Assembly (NCBI GenBank): GCA_965261975.1
Contig: CBDHEC010000029.1
Coordinates: 1-29,093, forward strand
Length of the DNA: 29,093 nt
Direction of reading: 5' to 3'
From: Alphaproteobacteria bacterium
Lineage (GTDB): Bacteria; Pseudomonadota; Alphaproteobacteria; UBA6615
Below the pieces are notes generated by a model. The model did no database searches and was not told the DNA's origin. It saw only the letters and a list, made by a program, of their open reading frames with translations. Positions 26,027 to 29,093 of this stretch are shown one piece after another. Each line of letters starts with the position of its first letter. Positions within the stretch are counted from its first letter, which is position 1. Position numbers and translations under genes: made by a program.

Positions 26027-28105
26027 ATGTCCGCGACCCCGACATCCGACATCAACTCCGCGCTCATCGATTGGGAGGGCCCGATGGGGCTGCCCGAATT
26101 TGCGCGTATCGAGGATCATGATTTCAAGGCTGCTTTTGCTGCGGCCTTGCCGGCGCATCTGGCCGAGATCGATGGGATCGCGAATGATCCGGCCAGGCCG
26201 ACATTCGCGAACACGATCGTGGCGCTCGAGCGCGCGGGCGAGATGTACAGCCGCGTGTCGGGCGTGTTCTGGAATCTGTCCGGCGCGAACACCAACGAAA
26301 CGCTGCAGGCGCTGGAACGCGAATTGTCGCCCGAGCTGTCGCGGCATCAGTCCAGGGTCATGATGAATACCGCGTTGTTTGCGCGCATCGATGCGCTTTA
26401 TCAGGATCGCGAAAGCCTCGACCTCGATGCCGAGGCCGCCCGTGTGCTGGAGCTGACATGGAAATCCTTCGTCCGCTCCGGTGCAAAACTCGACCCGGCG
26501 GACCAGAAGCGTCTCGCAGAGATCAACGAGCGGCTCGCGGGGCTGGGAACAGCCTTTGCGCAAAACGTACTGGCCGATGAGCGCGACTATGCGCTGGTGC
26601 TGGAGGCCGGTGACGATCTCGCGGGCTTGCCGGACTTCCTTATCTCCGGCATGGCCGCCGCGGCCGAGGAACGCGGATATGACGGCAAGTATGCGGTGAC
26701 CCTGTCCCGCTCGATCATCGAACCGTTCCTGACGTTCTCGACCCGTCGGGATTTGCGCGAGCAGGCCTTCCGGGCCTGGGGTGCACGCGGTGAAGGGCCG
26801 GGAGAACGGGACAACCGTCCCATCGTCGCCGAAATGGTCAGGTTGCGGGCCGAGAAGGCGGCGCTTCTGGGCTATGCCACCTTCGCGCATTTCAAGCTCG
26901 ACAACACGATGGCCAAGACCCCCGAGGCTGTGCGCGAGCTGCTCGAGACGGTTTGGGAGAAGGCACGCGTCCGCGCGTCCGAGGAGGCCGATGATCTGTC
27001 GGCCCTGATCGCGGGGGAGGGCCACAATCATGGCGTGGCCCCTTGGGATTGGCGGCACTATGCCGAGAAGCAACGCGCGGCGCGGTTCGATCTCAACGAG
27101 GCGGAGATCAAACCCTATCTCCAGCTTGAGCGGATGATCGAGGCAGCGTTCGATACGGCGAACAAACTGTTCGGAATAAGCTTTCGCCAGCACCCGGAAA
27201 TCGAGGCCTATCATCCCGACGTTCGGGTTTTCGAGGTGCTCGACGCAGATGGCGCGCGGATCGCGGTGTTTCTCGCCGACTATTTCGCCCGCCCGTCCAA
27301 GCGTTCGGGTGCCTGGATGACGTCATTTCAGGATCAACATCGGCTTGCCGGTGAATCCGGCGATCGCGACCAGATTCCGATCGTCGTTAATGTAATGAAT
27401 TTCGCAAAGGCGGCGGCTGGTGCACCGGTCTTGATCACAATGGATGATGCGCGGACGCTGTTTCACGAGTTCGGGCACGCCCTGCATGGCATGCTGTCCA
27501 ACGTCACCTACCCCTCGATCTCCGGCACGTCGGTGAGCCGCGATTTCGTGGAGTTGCCGTCCCAGCTTTACGAGCATTGGCTGACCGTGTCCGATGTGCT
27601 GCAACGCTTCGCGGTGCATCACGAGACCGGTGAACCCATGCCCACAGCGCTGCTGGATAAGCTGCGCGCCGCCGAGAAGTTCAACAAGGGCTTCGCCAAT
27701 GTTGAGTTCACCTCGTCGGCATTGGTCGATATGGCGTTCCATGCCCTCGACCCGACGCAGGCCACGGATGTCGACCCGGTCGCGTTCCAGGCCGAGATCC
27801 TGGCCGGCCTCGACATGCCCGAGGCGATCGTCATGCGTCACGCGACACCCCACTTCGCCCATGTGTTCTCCGGCGACGGCTATTCCGCCGGCTACTATTC
27901 CTACATGTGGTCGGGTGTTCTCGACGCCGATGCTTTCGAAGCCTTCACCGAGGCCGGCGATGCGTTCGATCCGGCGACGGCCCGCAAGCTCCATGAGCAT
28001 ATCTACGCGTCGGGCGGATCGATGGACCCCGAGGACGCCTATCTGGCCTTCCGTGGCAGGCTGCCGACGGCCGATGCTTTGCTGGCGAAGGAAGGCCTCG
28101 CCTAG
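26027..28105 (+). CDS. dcp: M3-family metallopeptidase, peptidyl-dipeptidase Dcp-like
   Basis: KRSGAWM, the zinc motif FHEFGHALH, RDFVELPSQ, HVFSGDGYSAGYYSYMW and FRGRLP. Length is 692 aa. Confidence 0.9.
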   Translation: MSATPTSDINSALIDWEGPMGLPEFARIEDHDFKAAFAAALPAHLAEIDGIANDPARPTFANTIVALERAGEMYSRVSGVFWNLSGANTNETLQALERELSPELSRHQSRVMMNTALFARIDALYQDRESLDLDAEAARVLELTWKSFVRSGAKLDPADQKRLAEINERLAGLGTAFAQNVLADERDYALVLEAGDDLAGLPDFLISGMAAAAEERGYDGKYAVTLSRSIIEPFLTFSTRRDLREQAFRAWGARGEGPGERDNRPIVAEMVRLRAEKAALLGYATFAHFKLDNTMAKTPEAVRELLETVWEKARVRASEEADDLSALIAGEGHNHGVAPWDWRHYAEKQRAARFDLNEAEIKPYLQLERMIEAAFDTANKLFGISFRQHPEIEAYHPDVRVFEVLDADGARIAVFLADYFARPSKRSGAWMTSFQDQHRLAGESGDRDQIPIVVNVMNFAKAAAGAPVLITMDDARTLFHEFGHALHGMLSNVTYPSISGTSVSRDFVELPSQLYEHWLTVSDVLQRFAVHHETGEPMPTALLDKLRAAEKFNKGFANVEFTSSALVDMAFHALDPTQATDVDPVAFQAEILAGLDMPEAIVMRHATPHFAHVFSGDGYSAGYYSYMWSGVLDADAFEAFTEAGDAFDPATARKLHEHIYASGGSMDPEDAYLAFRGRLPTADALLAKEGLA

Positions 28106-28213
28106 GCAGTTTCCGTTAAGGGGTAGCCGATCCATATGCGCGGGCGTTGCCGCACGCCGCCGCATGGTGAATATTCATGCCATTGCACAGAGGATGTGAA
28201 CGGGGGACGCGAC

Positions 28214-29093
28214 GTGGCGAAGAGCTATTCAATTTGCATGCTGCCCGGGGATGGTATCGGGCCCGAGGTCGTCGATTGCGCACGCAGGGTGCTCGATGCG
28301 CTGACGGCGGCTGGCGGTCCGGCTTTCGCGTATGACGTCCAACCGGCCGGTCATGGCACTTATCTCGACTGTGGCAACTCGATCCCGGCTGCTTCGATCG
28401 CGGCGGCGAAGGCGGCTGATGCCGTGTTTCTAGGCGCCATGGATGTCGCAGAGATTCCGCCTGGTGTCGGCGACCCGCTGCTGGATCTTCGCGGCGAACT
28501 GGAAGTGGAAGCCAGCGTCCGGCCGTCGCGAACGCTCGCCGGCATCCCCTCTCCGGCCGCCGATATCGACTGTGTTGTCGTCCGCGAGATGACGGAGGGG
28601 CTTTATTCCCAGATCGAGTATCAGGTCGGTGCCGACACGGCCTGCGCGGTTCGCGTGATCACGCGCGGCGCCTCCACGAAAACCGCACGCATGGCCTTCG
28701 AGCAAGCAGCCGCGCGTCAGCGCACACGCGCTGCCGACGGGTCCGACAAACCGGCGAGGGTGACGGCGGTGCACAAGGTGGGCGTCCTCAAACTCACGGA
28801 TGGCCTGTTCCTGGAGGCCTGCGCCGAAGTGGCGAAGGACTATCCGGATATTGAATACGAAAGCAGGAATATCGATGCCTGCGCCATGGAGATGGTGCGC
28901 GAACCGGACCATTTCGACGTTATCCTGGCGACCAATGCCTTTGGCGACATCCTGTCCGATATTGCGGCGGGCCTGGCCGCGGGCCTCGGCCTTGCGGCCT
29001 CGGCATGCATCGGCGCGCGCTGGGCCTACTTCGAGCCGGTCCATGGCACCGCGCCGGATATCGCGGGCCAGGGGATCGCCAACCCCTGTGCGA
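28214..29093 (+). CDS. Isocitrate/isopropylmalate (beta-decarboxylating) dehydrogenase family protein, 3'-truncated by the window edge
   Basis: Absent from the ORF track because it has no stop in the window. Manual translation from GTG 28214 gives LPGDGIGPEV, VRP, VREMTEGLY, VHK, NAFGDILSD and FEPVHGTAPDIAGQGIANP. Confidence 0.92.
   Translation, partial: MAKSYSICMLPGDGIGPEVVDCARRVLDALTAAGGPAFAYDVQPAGHGTYLDCGNSIPAASIAAAKAADAVFLGAMDVAEIPPGVGDPLLDLRGELEVEASVRPSRTLAGIPSPAADIDCVVVREMTEGLYSQIEYQVGADTACAVRVITRGASTKTARMAFEQAAARQRTRAADGSDKPARVTAVHKVGVLKLTDGLFLEACAEVAKDYPDIEYESRNIDACAMEMVREPDHFDVILATNAFGDILSDIAAGLAAGLGLAASACIGARWAYFEPVHGTAPDIAGQGIANPCA

Noticed and set aside
16837-28165. Long antisense ORFs (16837-18111, 18112-19473, 20257-21444, 22423-23421, 25928-27214, 27323-28165)
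   Set aside because: These are shadow frames of well-supported plus-strand genes. They are expected with GC-rich codon bias and show no recognisable motifs.
28430-29044. 204-aa minus-strand ORF in the supplied track
   Set aside because: It is antisense to the real plus-strand dehydrogenase gene starting at 28214.

Overview
GC-rich bacterial window, probably from an alphaproteobacterium (inferred from protein style only). It is almost fully coding, with about 24 metabolic genes, and I found no rRNA, tRNA, CRISPR array or mobile element. Left end: a CoxL/xanthine-dehydrogenase-family Mo subunit, a lipoprotein, a signal-peptide-bearing FAH-family hydrolase and an exported amidohydrolase. The Mo subunit and FAH genes carry 8 single-base homopolymer insertions, most likely sequencing errors. 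Next come an aldo/keto reductase, an MFS transporter, and a hydantoinase/oxoprolinase A+B pair divergent from an isochorismatase-family amidase. These are followed by a crotonase with a feruloyl-CoA-synthetase-like ligase, upp, an alpha/beta hydrolase, and LysR divergent from an Old Yellow Enzyme. The most interesting block is a co-directional run at 18127-24467: an M24 enzyme with Cys in place of a metal-binding Asp, a beta-hydroxyacid dehydrogenase, a COG0523 metallochaperone, a fused E1 alpha/beta TPP enzyme with no adjacent E2/E3, and a VOC enzyme. It is faced by a mandelate-racemase-family enzyme and looks like an uncharacterised catabolic pathway. The window ends with a small basic protein, a Dcp-type M3 peptidase and a partial, non-canonical isocitrate/isopropylmalate dehydrogenase-family gene. 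All functional calls come from motif recognition by eye; no searches were run.
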